Assembly: GCA_051362555.1 (NCBI GenBank)
Contig: JBPQGU010000016.1
Coordinates: 806,001-870,000, forward strand
Source: Lingula anatina
Taxonomy: Eukaryota; Animalia; Brachiopoda
Direction of reading: 5' to 3'
Length of the DNA stretch: 64,000 nucleotides
Both the position numbers and the translations under genes were made by a program. Below the pieces are notes generated by a model, which did not search any database, was not told where the DNA came from, and worked only from the letters and a program-made list of their open reading frames with translations. Below, in pieces: positions 49,904-62,500 of the stretch; within the stretch, counting starts at the first letter, position 1; every line of letters begins with the position of its first letter.

Positions 49904-51455
49904 AAGATACCTACAAGGTTATGATGAAATAAATAAAAAGTACCTTATTGAGGGCTTTAACAAGGGGTTTGCACTGGGGATTCAGGGAACAGTCAATCCA
50001 AATCACGCAAAAAATCATAAATCTCTGTCCAATAATATGAATGCAGCCAAAGCTAAAATTGAGAAGGAAATTCAGTTAGGGCGCATTATGGGTCCATTCA
50101 ATGAACCTTTAGAAAATTCAGTGATTTCCCCATTAGGTCTAATACCAAAAAAGGAGGCTAACAAATTCCGCCTGATACATGACTTGTCCTACCCAGAAGA
50201 AAAATCAATCAACTCCTATATCCCGGAAACATTTTCACGCGTCCAATACGAAAACATTGAAAATGTGATTTCTTTGGTTATTAAATTTGGCAAACATGCA
50301 TTAATGTCCAAAGCAGATATAGCTGATGCTTTCAGGCTTATCCCAATACACCCATCAAATTACAAATTCTTAGGCTTCTCCTGGAATGAAAAATTTTACT
50401 ATGATAAATGTCTACCAATGGGATGCTCCTCCTCATGTAAAATATTCGAATCCTTCAGCTGTGCTCTGCAATGGATAATGGTACACAAGTTCAACACGTT
50501 AGGCATTTCACATCTGCTAGATGATTTCTTTTTTATAGGACCTCAAAATGATGATCGTTGTAACACTGCATTAAATAACTTCTTGTTGTTATGTTAGGAA
50601 ATAGGAGTCCCTATAAATAACGAGAAAACAGTCACACCCACTACTGTAATCACTATTTATGGAATTGAAATAAACTCTGACACAATAACTGCTCAGCTTC
50701 CCCAAGAAAAGGTCTCAAAAGCAGTACAGCTCCTTAAATCCATGAATAAAAAGAAAAAAGTTAAACTTAGGGACATGCAATCCCTAATTGGTTTTCTAAA
50801 TTTTGCTTGTTCAGTAATAATACCAGGACGAGCATTCCTACGCCGCCTCATTGATCTAACGCGAGGAATTAAACATCCCCATCACTATATCAGGTTGAAC
50901 AAAGAAGCTAGGGCAGACATGTCTGCATGGTTAAGTTTCCTACACCATCATAATGGCAAATCCTGTTTCCTATTTGAAAAGTGGCTCTCATCCGAAAGTA
51001 TAAAATTTTTCTCAGATGCAGCCGGAAAAAATGGGGGCTTCGCAGCCATCTTAGGTAGTCAATGGTTTATGGATAAATGGCCAAGAGACCTCGAAGATAT
51101 GCATATCACATGGAAAGAACTATTCCCAATCATTCTAGGCATAGAAATTTGGGGCAAAAAAATAGCGAATCATAAAATACTGTTCATGTGTGACAATGCA
51201 TCAGTAGTGGATATCATAAACAAGACTTCAAGCAAAGATAAACATATCATGATTTTAGTAAGAAGACTTGTCCTGGCAACATTAAAATATAACATTCATT
51301 TCAAAGCCAAACATATCCCCGGATATACAAATATCATAGCAGATAAACTTTCCCGATTTAAATTACAGGAAGCTTTCTCATGGGCACCATGGCTGGACCC
51401 TCAACCAACCCCAATACCCAAAACTCTGACTCTGATGTCATCCAACAGTTGTTAA
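49722..51455 (+). pseudogene. pol: Reverse transcriptase-RNase H ORF with one in-frame TAG (50595-50597)
   Basis: SPLGLIPKK, FRLIHDLSYP, KADIADAFRLIP, LPMG, HLLDDF, then C*EIGVPINNEKT in the same frame; RNase H motifs FSDAAG, WKELFPI, CDNASVV, HIPG..N.IAD.LSR. Confidence 0.92.
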
Positions 51456-52345
51456 AAGCTTCACTTGCTCCAAACACAAGAAAAATGTACGGGAGAGTGC
51501 TCACTAACTTCAATACCTACCACAAGCAGAAATACGCCAAGCCTGCAGAATATCCACTCGACCAACAAATCTTAGCTGGTTACATTTCTCATCTTTTCCA
51601 ACAGAAATATCAGGCGGCGACAATAGTGTCATATATATCAGTCTTGAGTTTTGTGCACAAGATGGATAATCTCCCAGATCCGACCAACTCATTCTTTGTC
51701 AAACAATTACTGAAAGGGGTAAAAAATACTTGCAAAGCACCAGATACAAGATTACCAATCACTCTAGAATTATTGCATCAGATAGTTAGAAGTAGTGACA
51801 AAGTGATCCCATCATTTAACAAGCGTCTTCTATGCAATGCCATGTTCCTATTAGCATTCCATGCCTTTCTGAGAATAGGGGAATTTACAGTAACAGGGTC
51901 AAATAAGATGGAAAATATTCTTCAAGTTCAACATGTAGTGTTTAAATATGCAAGCACTAAGTTAACTAGCATGAGTGTAAAAATTGTGCATTTTAAGCAT
52001 AGCAACAACAAGCCGGTTTATATTGAAATTCCAAGTTCCAGCTCTATTGACATATGCCCCGTACATACTTTAAAAGCATATCTAGATGTCTTCAAACACT
52101 CTTCAGGACCCTTGTTTCAATTTGTAGACAGATCCCCAGTACCACGCTCCTTTTTCACAACAAAATTACAAGCAATTCTTTCCTTTAATGGCCTTGACTC
52201 CAAAGTGTACAAAAGCCACAGCTTTAGAATAGGTGCAGCAACATCAGCAGCCGCAAGGGGTACACCAGAAATAGTCATTCAAAAAATGGGTAGATGGAAA
52301 TCAAATGCACTAAAAAGTTACATCCGTATCTCGACATTTTCTTAA
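51380..52345 (+). CDS. Tyrosine recombinase (YR integrase) of Ngaro element
   Basis: FLRIGE, HSFRIGAAT, MGRWKS...SYIR catalytic motifs; overlaps the RNase H end. Confidence 0.93.
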   Translation: MGTMAGPSTNPNTQNSDSDVIQQLLKASLAPNTRKMYGRVLTNFNTYHKQKYAKPAEYPLDQQILAGYISHLFQQKYQAATIVSYISVLSFVHKMDNLPDPTNSFFVKQLLKGVKNTCKAPDTRLPITLELLHQIVRSSDKVIPSFNKRLLCNAMFLLAFHAFLRIGEFTVTGSNKMENILQVQHVVFKYASTKLTSMSVKIVHFKHSNNKPVYIEIPSSSSIDICPVHTLKAYLDVFKHSSGPLFQFVDRSPVPRSFFTTKLQAILSFNGLDSKVYKSHSFRIGAATSAAARGTPEIVIQKMGRWKSNALKSYIRISTFS

Positions 52346-53389
52346 AATCCAAGTCAATAATAACAAAAGGGAGGTCAGCAGAGACTGCTCCTTAATAACA
52401 CTGCTCATCAACAACAAAAAGGTGGCTTATGCAGACTGCTCCAAAGACTTAATTCACAAAACCCCAAAACAAGTAAGGTCAAATCCTGGTTCCATCACGG
52501 TTATATACTTTTCTAGAACTTTGTGAACTCAGTATTTTGTCCTTGTTAACACTGGATCTGGAAACTGGATCCCAAGGCCAGCAATGCCTGCTTGGGTGAC
52601 ATGTCAGCCATTGGATAGTTACCATATTTGTATAGAGACTTAATTGTTATAAGTTAGCATTAGTTGATCTATCACGGTCATTTGTAACTGTATCACCTTC
52701 CATTTTATATGAGATGTTTACTATATAGAAAACTTAATTATAACAGGTTAGCATTAGTCAATTTATCAGGATCATTTGTAACTGTATCACTTTCCACTTT
52801 ATATGTATTGTTTACTGTAGCTAACGTTTTAATGTGAAGCACCTTTCTTGTAATTTATTTTGGCATAAAGAGCTATTTAATTAGCAATAATTGAGATTAT
52901 CAAGGTCATGAATACATGCTAGTGACCATATGGATATTAGATACGTAGAGTTCTGATGGTAAGCAAAGTGATAATGAACAACTTCCACCAAGGTCAGCAA
53001 TGCCTGCTTGGTGACAACTTATCAACTTAGTTAAGAAAATTTCTTAATATTTAATATTTATAATGGTGTATGGCATATAGCCCAGGAAATATAGAATAGT
53101 AACAGAAAGTATGAAAATTAGGTAATTCAATCATTGTAAGAGAATGCAACCTTGTATAAATATCACTATGAGGAATTAGCATGAATTCAGAGGAGTCTCC
53201 TTGGATGGGGGGATACAGACTGCGGACAGTCTGTATCTTTGGCCCTTTTTCCCTCCATCTTTGCTGAAATGTAAATTATATCTTTAAGCTTGAAAATTAT
53301 ATAACATGCATGATTGTCATTCATAGATTTATATCTAACTCTCAGTATTTTTCATTCGTACTTTGAACATTAATCAAAGTGCAAATGTC

Positions 53390-53395
53390 AATAAA
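53390..53395 (+). terminator. Putative polyadenylation signal in repeat B1 (also in B2)
   Basis: AATAAA followed by a GT/T-rich tract (tgttgttttgtgt). Confidence 0.5.
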
Positions 53396-56300
53396 ATGAC
53401 ATTTTCAACCTACATCTATTTGATTCTGTTGTTTTGTGTATGATAACAAAATTTGACAGCAAACTAGCCGCGGCGACTCCTCTCAATTCATGCACTCATA
53501 AATATAATTTATTGGTCACAATAAAGGGATTTATGTGTGATGAGGGTATTAATGTGATGTAAGATGCCCAGGGAAACTCCCAGAGACTAAGATAAGCTCC
53601 AGATGTTTCTTCCCTAATTACAGACAGGATGTCTTCGCTTTGTATTTCACGCTGTTAAGTTAATTACTACCAAGTGACACTGGTCAGATACCAGTATAGC
53701 AAAACCTGATTGGACAGTACAACCTAGTCTCATTATGATCAGCCAATCAGAATCATAAGGAGTTCAGCTTCACCAAGAACAAAGAACACTCTCTCTCACT
53801 TCCTTAGAAAATTTTAACCTAGTAGTACATGCTCAGGAGAGAAAAGTTTTTAGTGAATTTCATAAAGTTTCTCAAACCCAACCCTGTCCCTCCCTAATGT
53901 TCCCTGATTAATTAACACTACAAAACAATTATTAATTCTATGTATCATTATTATATGTATGGTATTTATGTTTAGAAACATTTGACATATAGGTAAGCCT
54001 CTATGTGTTAGCAGTTCTCATTTTGTTTAAGTCAACATACAGGGCATAACCTTAGCATAGGGCACATATGGCAGTTATAAGGCCAAGAGAGACAACTCGA
54101 TTAGTGGGCTGTCAGAGCATTGAGGAAACCTACGTCCCCTTCCTGAAGGGTAGGGGTTGCGCAGCTCGCTCTCAGCCTCGGCCGAATTTTGGACATAAAA
54201 TTTATCTAAAACATATTGCCATGTGTGGGCCCTTTTTCCCTCCATCTTTGCTGAAATGTAAATTATATCTTTAAGCTTGAAAATTATATAACATGCATGA
54301 TTGTCATTCATAGATTTATATCTAACTCTCAGTATTTTTCATTCGTACTTTGAACATTAATCAAAGTGCAAATGTCAATAAAATGACATTTTCAACCTAC
54401 ATCTATTTGATTCTGTTGTTTTGTGTATGATAACAAAATTTGACAGCAAACTAGCCGCGGCGACTCCTCTCAATTCATGCACTCATAAAAGTCTTTTGGT
54501 ATTGTGCTGATTTTGTTTACTGATAAATCGAGGATTTCTAAGTGTGGGAGTTGTATGGGATGTAGACCACCTTCAGCAATCAAAGGACCTAAATTGTTTT
54601 CTTTCAGATACAAGTAAATCAGTGAGATGAAATTTTCAAAAAATGGTTTTGGAAGGAAGTTAACACCATTATAAGATAAATCCAGAAACTCTAGCCGATC
54701 TAAGCCATAAAGTAAGGCACAAAAAGTTTTTAAATTCACGTCCTCTATTCTGAGATATCTGAGCTTGTTTGGAAAGAAATAAACGGACCCCTTAAAAGTA
54801 TCACATGGTAAATAATCATTCCTGTCTGTGGCCCACCAGCTTATAGACACGTATTCTAAATTTTCAGGCAGGTTTATTTTCAAAATTGGGAGCTCTAACC
54901 GAAAATTATGTGGGGCACTTCGAATTGTTTGGGGGGTTGGGCTTACATACGAGTATTTAGCTGGTGCTAAAGGAACCTTTGAACGGCCATACCTAAAAGA
55001 GTTTGATAGAATATCTTGAGGTGTCACCAAACTCGTGCGATAAATATTGTTGTCCACTCTAAAAAGTGTTAGGTTTGTATTCATCATTAGATCATGAAAT
55101 ATTTTATCGAAACCAATTTCCTGTATTCCATTTTCCAAACCAAATAAAAGGTTGTTGCCAGACAAATCTACATATTCTAAATGAGGCAGAAACTTAAAAT
55201 TTTGAAGGTCAATCGCTTCTATTCTATTGCGTATTAATTCCAATGTCTTAAGTGATGTTCGTTTCAAACACTGAAAAGTATTAGCAGACACAATCCACTG
55301 TGGAACATTTGGTTTCCAATTTCGCCATCCGAATATGTGGTACATGTGAAGAACTTCAATTGACGTATTGTTCAGGTCACATATGAACTTCTCGGCCTCT
55401 GTGACTGACATAAAGTTGGCATATTCTATGTCCAATGTTTTCAAAAGTGGAAATGAAGACAATGTGTCATATTCTACGGTGTCCAGTCCACAATCAATGA
55501 AAGCCAGTCGTTCAATAGGACAGTTTTTCAGCATGGCAAAAGTGTGCTTTCTTATGTTCCTTACAGATCCAACTCCATAAAACACGACTGTTTTCAGTGA
55601 AGTAAGATTGTTGTATCCGCGACCAAATGGTTTATATCCATCTGGTAGACTTGGAAAGGTCACTTGTTGCAATTGGTGTAAGGGAGCTAAGGTTTGGTCT
55701 AAATAGCCTTGTTGAATCTGTGCACTGCTGCTCATTCTTCCGAACATCAGAACTTCTAACGAGATTAAATCACGAAACAAGTTCGTGGGGAATGCTTCAT
55801 AATCGAAGTTCATGTCCCAATGAAGTGGAGACAAATCTAAGAGTTCCAAATTCCATAAACCTGTAAAACTATCCTCGTGAAAGTGTTTTATGTTGTTCCC
55901 TCCGACATACAGTGCTTTCAGTCCCTCCAGTTGGCTAAATGCGTGCGGTGGGATCTCAGACAGACCGGTGTAGCGTAGATCCAATACAGTTGTATTAAGT
56001 GGTATAGCTATCTCCAGGGGCAGGGCACGGATTGGGCTGTAAGAGCAGTTGAGAATCCCCTGTGACCAGGACGTAAAATCACAGTGACATGGCGCCGGGC
56101 ATCTCTGAGCCTTGAAACCTCCACAACTAACAATGAAATTCACCAAACACCACAGATACAGAATAAAGTAACCTTTTCCTGGCATCGTGGACATTTCAGT
56201 TATCGGTATTCTGGGCTCCCTTTTTGCGAGTAAGGATTGAATGATTCACATACAGAAAAAAATTACTATACAGCCACTCATGCAGGCACATTCTATAATT

Positions 56301-57075
56301 CCCAATGAAACTCTCCTCTTAAGATAGGGCCAAATTGTGTCGACGAACTTTTTATAGGCATTTATATATTTATGGGCTACATAAACATTTATCTAAGCTT
56401 ACATGTCGTGATACTCTTCTGCTTTGGTTGTGAATTTGACTAGGATTGCTTTATACACGAACAGTTAATTAAATATAGTACTTTCTCCGGGTCTTTTATC
56501 CAATGTTTTTCTTCCTGGTTTTGTAGAGATTGTTGTTGGCATTATTAAAAGAAAATTCAATAGGTTTATACAGACTTATAAAAAGCGTTTAGCGTGTAGA
56601 ATCAACACCGTGTTTCCATTGCGCTCCTTTATGTCTAAGATCTAATAAACTTAGTTTATGTTCACAACCACAAGTCACGATCACACGAGTATAGAACACT
56701 ACGCCTCCCTAATATCTTGCAGATTAACATTTTTTTACATTTGCTGAAACCAGAACGCATTGATCAAAATGAAGAATGTGAGAAAAAAGACAAGGAAACC
56801 TTAGAACAAACAAAATCAATGACCAATGATGACAGGAGGAGAGGTAGTGCGATTGCACCCACCGCAAGTGATTTTTGATAAAAGATATGTTACGTGTAAA
56901 CGTGTTCTCCACCCCTCCTCCCAAGTTCATAAGAAAGCTTTTTTTTCTATATCCTTCTTTATATTAAAATGTGTGTAATTCAAATAACTTATGCTCTCAC
57001 ACAACTGTAACAAATCCTCTCCGTCAACTTGGGGAACCTGTGCGTGTATAATTATTTTGTTTGCCAACAGCCGTG

Positions 57076-57112
57076 GGGAATTCCCTCTTCATCCACCGAA
57101 CTTTATGATTGG
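57076..57112 (-). promoter_or_regulatory. NF-kappaB site plus CCAAT box upstream of TLR copy B
   Basis: GGGAATTCCC 57076-57085. Confidence 0.6.
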
Positions 57113-59530
57113 ACAGGCTTTTTTAAGGTGATACGTGAGTATATTGTCTGTTACATAAAGGCAATTTGGGAAGTTTTGAAAAGGAAGATGATTGCCTTTT
57201 GAGACTTGCCATGTGAGGTTTAAAAATGTCAAGTTTGATTTGTGGCAACATTTTCTTTGAAATAAACACAGAAGTTAAAATTGAGGAAGTTATAAACGGA
57301 AGTAAAAATTACTGACTTCAAAAGAAATTAAAATTTATTTGGGTATTGTAAGAAAATATCACATCATTTCAAAACAGTCCACAGTGCGTCCTCTAGGGGC
57401 AGGCCAGGAGGCACCTCTGCTGAGCCAAGAGCGCAGCGTTTGCGGGGAGCTGAGGAGCGCGAGCATCTGGCTCAGCGCAAGTGGCGCGCGCCAATTGCTT
57501 ACCGTGTGCGGGGTGCTTTACAAGTTCAGTTGCAAACATACGTGATGTTAATGAGTAGATTTTTCGTATCAGTAATACGCTTTGCATATCATATCTGACA
57601 TTTTATCTATCTTTATTTTCAAATTTCAAAAGTTTCATATACGTAGTAGTAAAATGAAAATAAAATATATATTAGATCAAACGATATTAACTATTTTGAA
57701 CATATTTTTAAATATTAAATTTTTTCAATCGTATATCTATGACGATTCTAGGACAATCCCCCCGCCCCCAGGAAAGCCCCCCCCCCCAAGAAATATATAT
57801 TCGTATACAAATATAAAGTACTGTAAAAACTATAAAGTTTAAAACATTCCATCCCTTTTATTAATATTTTAATGTGATAATGCGTCTTCATCATGAAACA
57901 TATTATTTTATAAGAAATTCCTTTTCACTTTATATTTTTATATATTTGTATATAAATATATATTATTTATATATATTTGTATATAAATATTTATTTTCGG
58001 AGGGAATCGTCCGGGGGGGAGGGGATTGTGCGGGAGTGGGGGGGGGGCGGGATTATATAAAAGCACTGTGCTATATGACAAGCTTTCCCTGGAAAAAAAA
58101 CTTGAAGTCTTCCATCAGATCTCTTTGAGGTTTTCAGAAAACTTCTAGAGGTGTGCTTAGTCATTATCATGTTATCAGTGACAAGGCATCAGCAACAGTG
58201 GAAGGGTGACGTATTATACAAATGGACTATACAGGCCTCTGTATGACTAACATCAAATTGCTTATCATGTCACACACAAACGGCACAAACTGTCGGGCGT
58301 AGATGTCTTATGCGCTTTTTTTATTATTTTGATTACGACCTTGAGAATCCATGCGTGTACACATTATTGTTCGCCCACAGCTGTGGGGGATTCCCTCATG
58401 TACCCCTGTTCTTTATGATTGGATACCCTTTGTTGTCATGTACGGTAGAACGGGTTTTGATACTTCGATGAAGGTCAGGCTTATTTAACTTAGGCCCTAT
58501 TTAGGTACAATTTACTCCTGAGAAAATTGCAGCATTTTTGTACTCAACACTTATGTTTTGTCCTGTGAAAGCCTGTACTTGTTAGTTCAATTACTCCTGC
58601 TACTCAATTTTTTTTCGCCCAACAGATTTCTGCTACATACAAATAAACATACTTGTTGCTTATACATAATTATAAAAAACGAAAGAGAAAGAAGAATCTT
58701 TCGAGAAATTTTATGTTTTTAAGACAATGCATGGATTGTATTTAACACTTCCTTCTCTCCTCTCCCATCTGGATGCAGGGAACGACAGTGACATGAGGTA
58801 CCAGGAAGCCCCTATCCCAAAAAAGCAATTCCCAATTTGTCCTGACATCCTTAACATTTTTCTAACAACCTCGTGCACCAATACATACATGACAAAGTTT
58901 CAAGGGCAGAAATATGCTATGTAGTTTTGGCGGCTTTTTTCTTCTTTTGCTCCAAGCCTAGATTATACATGTATACGAGTATTTTATTTTAAAAAATCTT
59001 TGTTGAAGAAGTGTCTTAAACATAATAATTTCTTTCGTAAAAAAAAAAAAAAAATTAAAGTGAGAAATGTTTATATCAAATCTCTCTCTCCCATTGCTGA
59101 GCCGCTTTAGGTTAATCGAGGTGCATATTGTACTAATAAAGAATACTGTATTAATACAGAACACTGGATACAAGAGTCGGCAAAGGCGAAAAGAAAGTGA
59201 CGTTACAAAATATGCATCTATTTATGGCATCTACATATCAAAATTTATTTACTCAAAATAATTTATATTGTCACACAATTGTTACAAATATCCACACAGT
59301 TTTTTCGATCTGATCTACAATACGTAAGCCATAAGTGCATGTTACAAAACAGTTCAAAAACCAAAAACCTCAGCCACATAACTTCAGTCATCTCGTCTTC
59401 ATCAGCTTGCTCAAGTGGTTTATTCACATCAAAAATTGCGTCGGAAAGACGATTGCAGAACAGACAGTGTCCGTCTGGGTTCTCAGTCCACTTTATATAC
59501 CCTCAACAGTTTAAAATCAAATCCAATCAG

Positions 59531-62500
59531 CTACATGAGTTCAGTCGTGTCATCTTTCTCGGGTTGCACAAGTATATTATTCTCATCAAAGATGGCGTTG
59601 GAGAGGCGTTTCCAGAACAAACGTTGTCCATCGGGGTCCTCAGTCCACTTTATATACCCTCTAGCTCTAATGTACTTTCGCAGCGATTTCGTCATAGCAT
59701 CAAATGGCACAGGTTGAAACATAACCGGGATTACTGATTGATAACCACGAGCAAGAGACATCTGAAACTCAAACTCACACCAAGGATTGAGCACGTAGCT
59801 CTCAGACAGAACAAGCACTGTTTTTCTGCTGTTTTCCACGGCCTCTACGATGGCCTCGGAAAGGGAAGCGCCACCAATGAAATTTCTTTGATCTATGATA
59901 ACATCAAGTTGATCCACGTCTTCTAGATGATGCAACAGCACGTGCGTTACCCAGTAATAATCGTTGTCGTCATAGGAGGCGTACACGTGACCAGGTGGTG
60001 CAGCAATGACACCTCTCTTTCGAAAATGGCGGCGAAGAAGGAAGAAGTGGTATCTATAAAATTGGGAGAAAAACAAAAACGTGATCGGTAATCATTACAA
60101 ATATTTTACTGAAATGTCGCACTAAATGACATAGAAACACTTTAATACCCATTCAAACTATTGGGATTCACTTTCCTAATGTAGTCCAACTCCAATAGCG
60201 ACAATTCAGTTGGTTAGTGCTTATATCTATGTATTCTATGAAAAGAAAGTTAGTCATGGTAAAAGATAATGTAAATATTTCATTGTCGCTGAGGTGCATT
60301 CGTTTCAACGATACAAGATAGCCACGAAAGTCTTTTGGTATTATGTCGATTTTGTTCACTGATAAATCGAGGATTTCTAAGTGTGGGAGTTGTATTGGAT
60401 GTAGACCACCTTTAGCAATTGATAATTAGTTTTCAAAGGATAACCTACACTGTATTTGATTTTAACTATTAGTATTAATATTCATTTTAATACTATATTT
60501 TCTAGATTCTATCACTATATTTAGTATATGTTGCAAAGAGAGCACAATGAACCCTTAGGACTATATATAATAGTTTTCCTGTGTTAAATTATTTTTATGC
60601 GCATTTTGATACATATTTAATCAATATAAAAATTGAACTTGTCTACATACACTCACAAGTTAACTCACTTGATATTCCAACGGTAAATGTAAGCTACTAT
60701 AAATCCACAGGCAACAGCAAATATGACACCAAGAGATGCTACCAAGGAAAGCCACTGGTTTGATGAAATGATCGTATGTGGAGAACTGTCGCATTCCCTA
60801 TCAAGTCTACTCAGGCTGCTCTCTAAGCTTGTTTTAGATCCATTCACGTAGCAAGTGGAGTCGTTGGAGAATATTGTCGTCATGTTGGAATGGATAATCA
60901 AATGGAGGAATCCTATCCCGTCGCAAACGTTGCAGTCCATGGGATTGTTGCTCATGTTCAAAGTTACATCCAAACTACTATCATTTATCTTCAAAATGTA
61001 ATCCAACTGTGATATCGACAAGGCAGTTAGTTGGTTAGTGCTTATATCTATGTATTCTATGGAAAGTAAGTTTGTAATAGTAAAAGATAATGTTGATATT
61101 CGATTGTCGCTGATGTCCAGCCGTTTTAAGGATACAAGATAGCCAAAAAAGTCTTTTGGTATTGTGCTGATTTTGTTCACTGATAAATCGAGGATTTCTA
61201 AATGAGGGAGTTGTAATGGATTAAGACCACCTTCAGCTATCAAAGGTCCTAAATTGTTTTCTTTCATATACAAGTATATCAGTGAGGTTAAATTATCAAA
61301 AAATGTTTTTGGAAGGAAGTTAACACCATTATAAGATAAATCCAGAAACTCTAGCCGATCTAAGCCATAAAGTGAGGCACAAAAAGTTTTTAAATTCATG
61401 TCCTCTATTCTGAGATATCTGAGCTTGTTTGGAAACAAAAAAACGGACCCCTTAAAAGTATCACATGGTAAGATATTATTTCTATCTGTGGCCCACCAGC
61501 TTATAGACACGTATTCTAAATTTTCAGGCAGGTTTATTTTCAAAATTGGGAGCTCTAACCGAAAATTATGTGGGGCACTTCGAGTTGTTTGGGGGGTTGG
61601 GCTTACATACGAGTATTTAGCTGGTTCTAAAGGAAGCTTTGGACGGCCATACCAAAAAGAGTTTGATGGAATATCTTGAGGTGTCACCAATCTCCTGCCA
61701 TAAACATTGTTGTCCACTCTAAAAAGTGTTAGGTTTGTATTTAACATCAGATCACGAAATGTTTTATCGAAACCAAAGTCCTGTTTTCCATTTTCCAAAG
61801 TAAATAAAAGGTTGTTGCCAGACAAATCTACATATTCTAAATGAGGCAGAAACTTTAAATTTTGAAGGTCAATCGCTTCTATTCTATTGCGCATTAATTC
61901 CAATGTCTTAAGTGATGTTTGTTTCAAACACTGAAAAGTATCAGCAAACACAATCCACTGTGGAACATTTGGTTCCCCATTTCGCCATCCGAATATGTCG
62001 TACATGTGAAGAACTTCAATTGAGGTATTGTTCAGGTCACATATAATCTTCTCGGCCTCTGTGACTGACACAAAGTTGGCATATTCTATGTCCAATACTT
62101 TCAGATGTGGAAATGAAGACAATGTGCCATATTCTACGGTGTCCAGTCCACAGCTAATGAAAGCTAATCGTTCGATAGGACAGTTTTTCAACATGGCAAA
62201 AGTGTGCTTTCTTATGTTCGTTACAGATCCAACTCCATGAAACACCACTGTTTTCAGTGAAGTAAGATTGTTGTATCCGCGACCAAATGGTGGATTTCCA
62301 TCCGGTAGACTTGGAAAGGTCACCTGTTGCAATTGGTGTAAGGGAGCTAAGGTTTGGTCTAAATAGCCTTGTTGAATCTGTGCACTGCTGCTCATTCTTC
62401 CGAACATCAGAACTTCTAACAAGATTAAATCACGAAACAAGTTCGTGGGGAATGCTTCATAATCGAAGTTCATGTCCCAATGAAGTGGAGACAAATCTAA

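Larger units (their letters stand above)
46449..54486 (+). mobile_element. Full-length Ngaro-type (DIRS order) tyrosine-recombinase retrotransposon with split direct repeats
   Basis: A1 46449-46822 = A2 53503-53876 (374 bp); B1 53241-53499 = B2 54228-54486 (259 bp); order A1-ORFs-B1-A2-spacer-B2. Gag, RT/RNase H and YR are on one strand, with no methyltransferase domain. An SGNH hydrolase ORF is present. Flanked by AAA, which also forms the internal B1/A2 junction. Confidence 0.95.
43746..56194 (-). pseudogene. Toll-like receptor copy B, interrupted by Ngaro retrotransposon (exon 1 pieces 56194-54487 and 46445-45968; TIR exon 44268-43746)
   Basis: Both halves are open. Joining them gives 2186 nt, the same exon-1 length as copies A and C, and restores PKDFFGYLVSL. 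As inserted, the 5' ORF (574 aa) stops inside the element. Confidence 0.9.

Noticed and set aside
46449-54486. LTR retrotransposon or DIRS1-type element
   Set aside because: No DDE integrase or protease, no inverted terminal repeats, no methyltransferase; repeats are split direct A-B-A-B.
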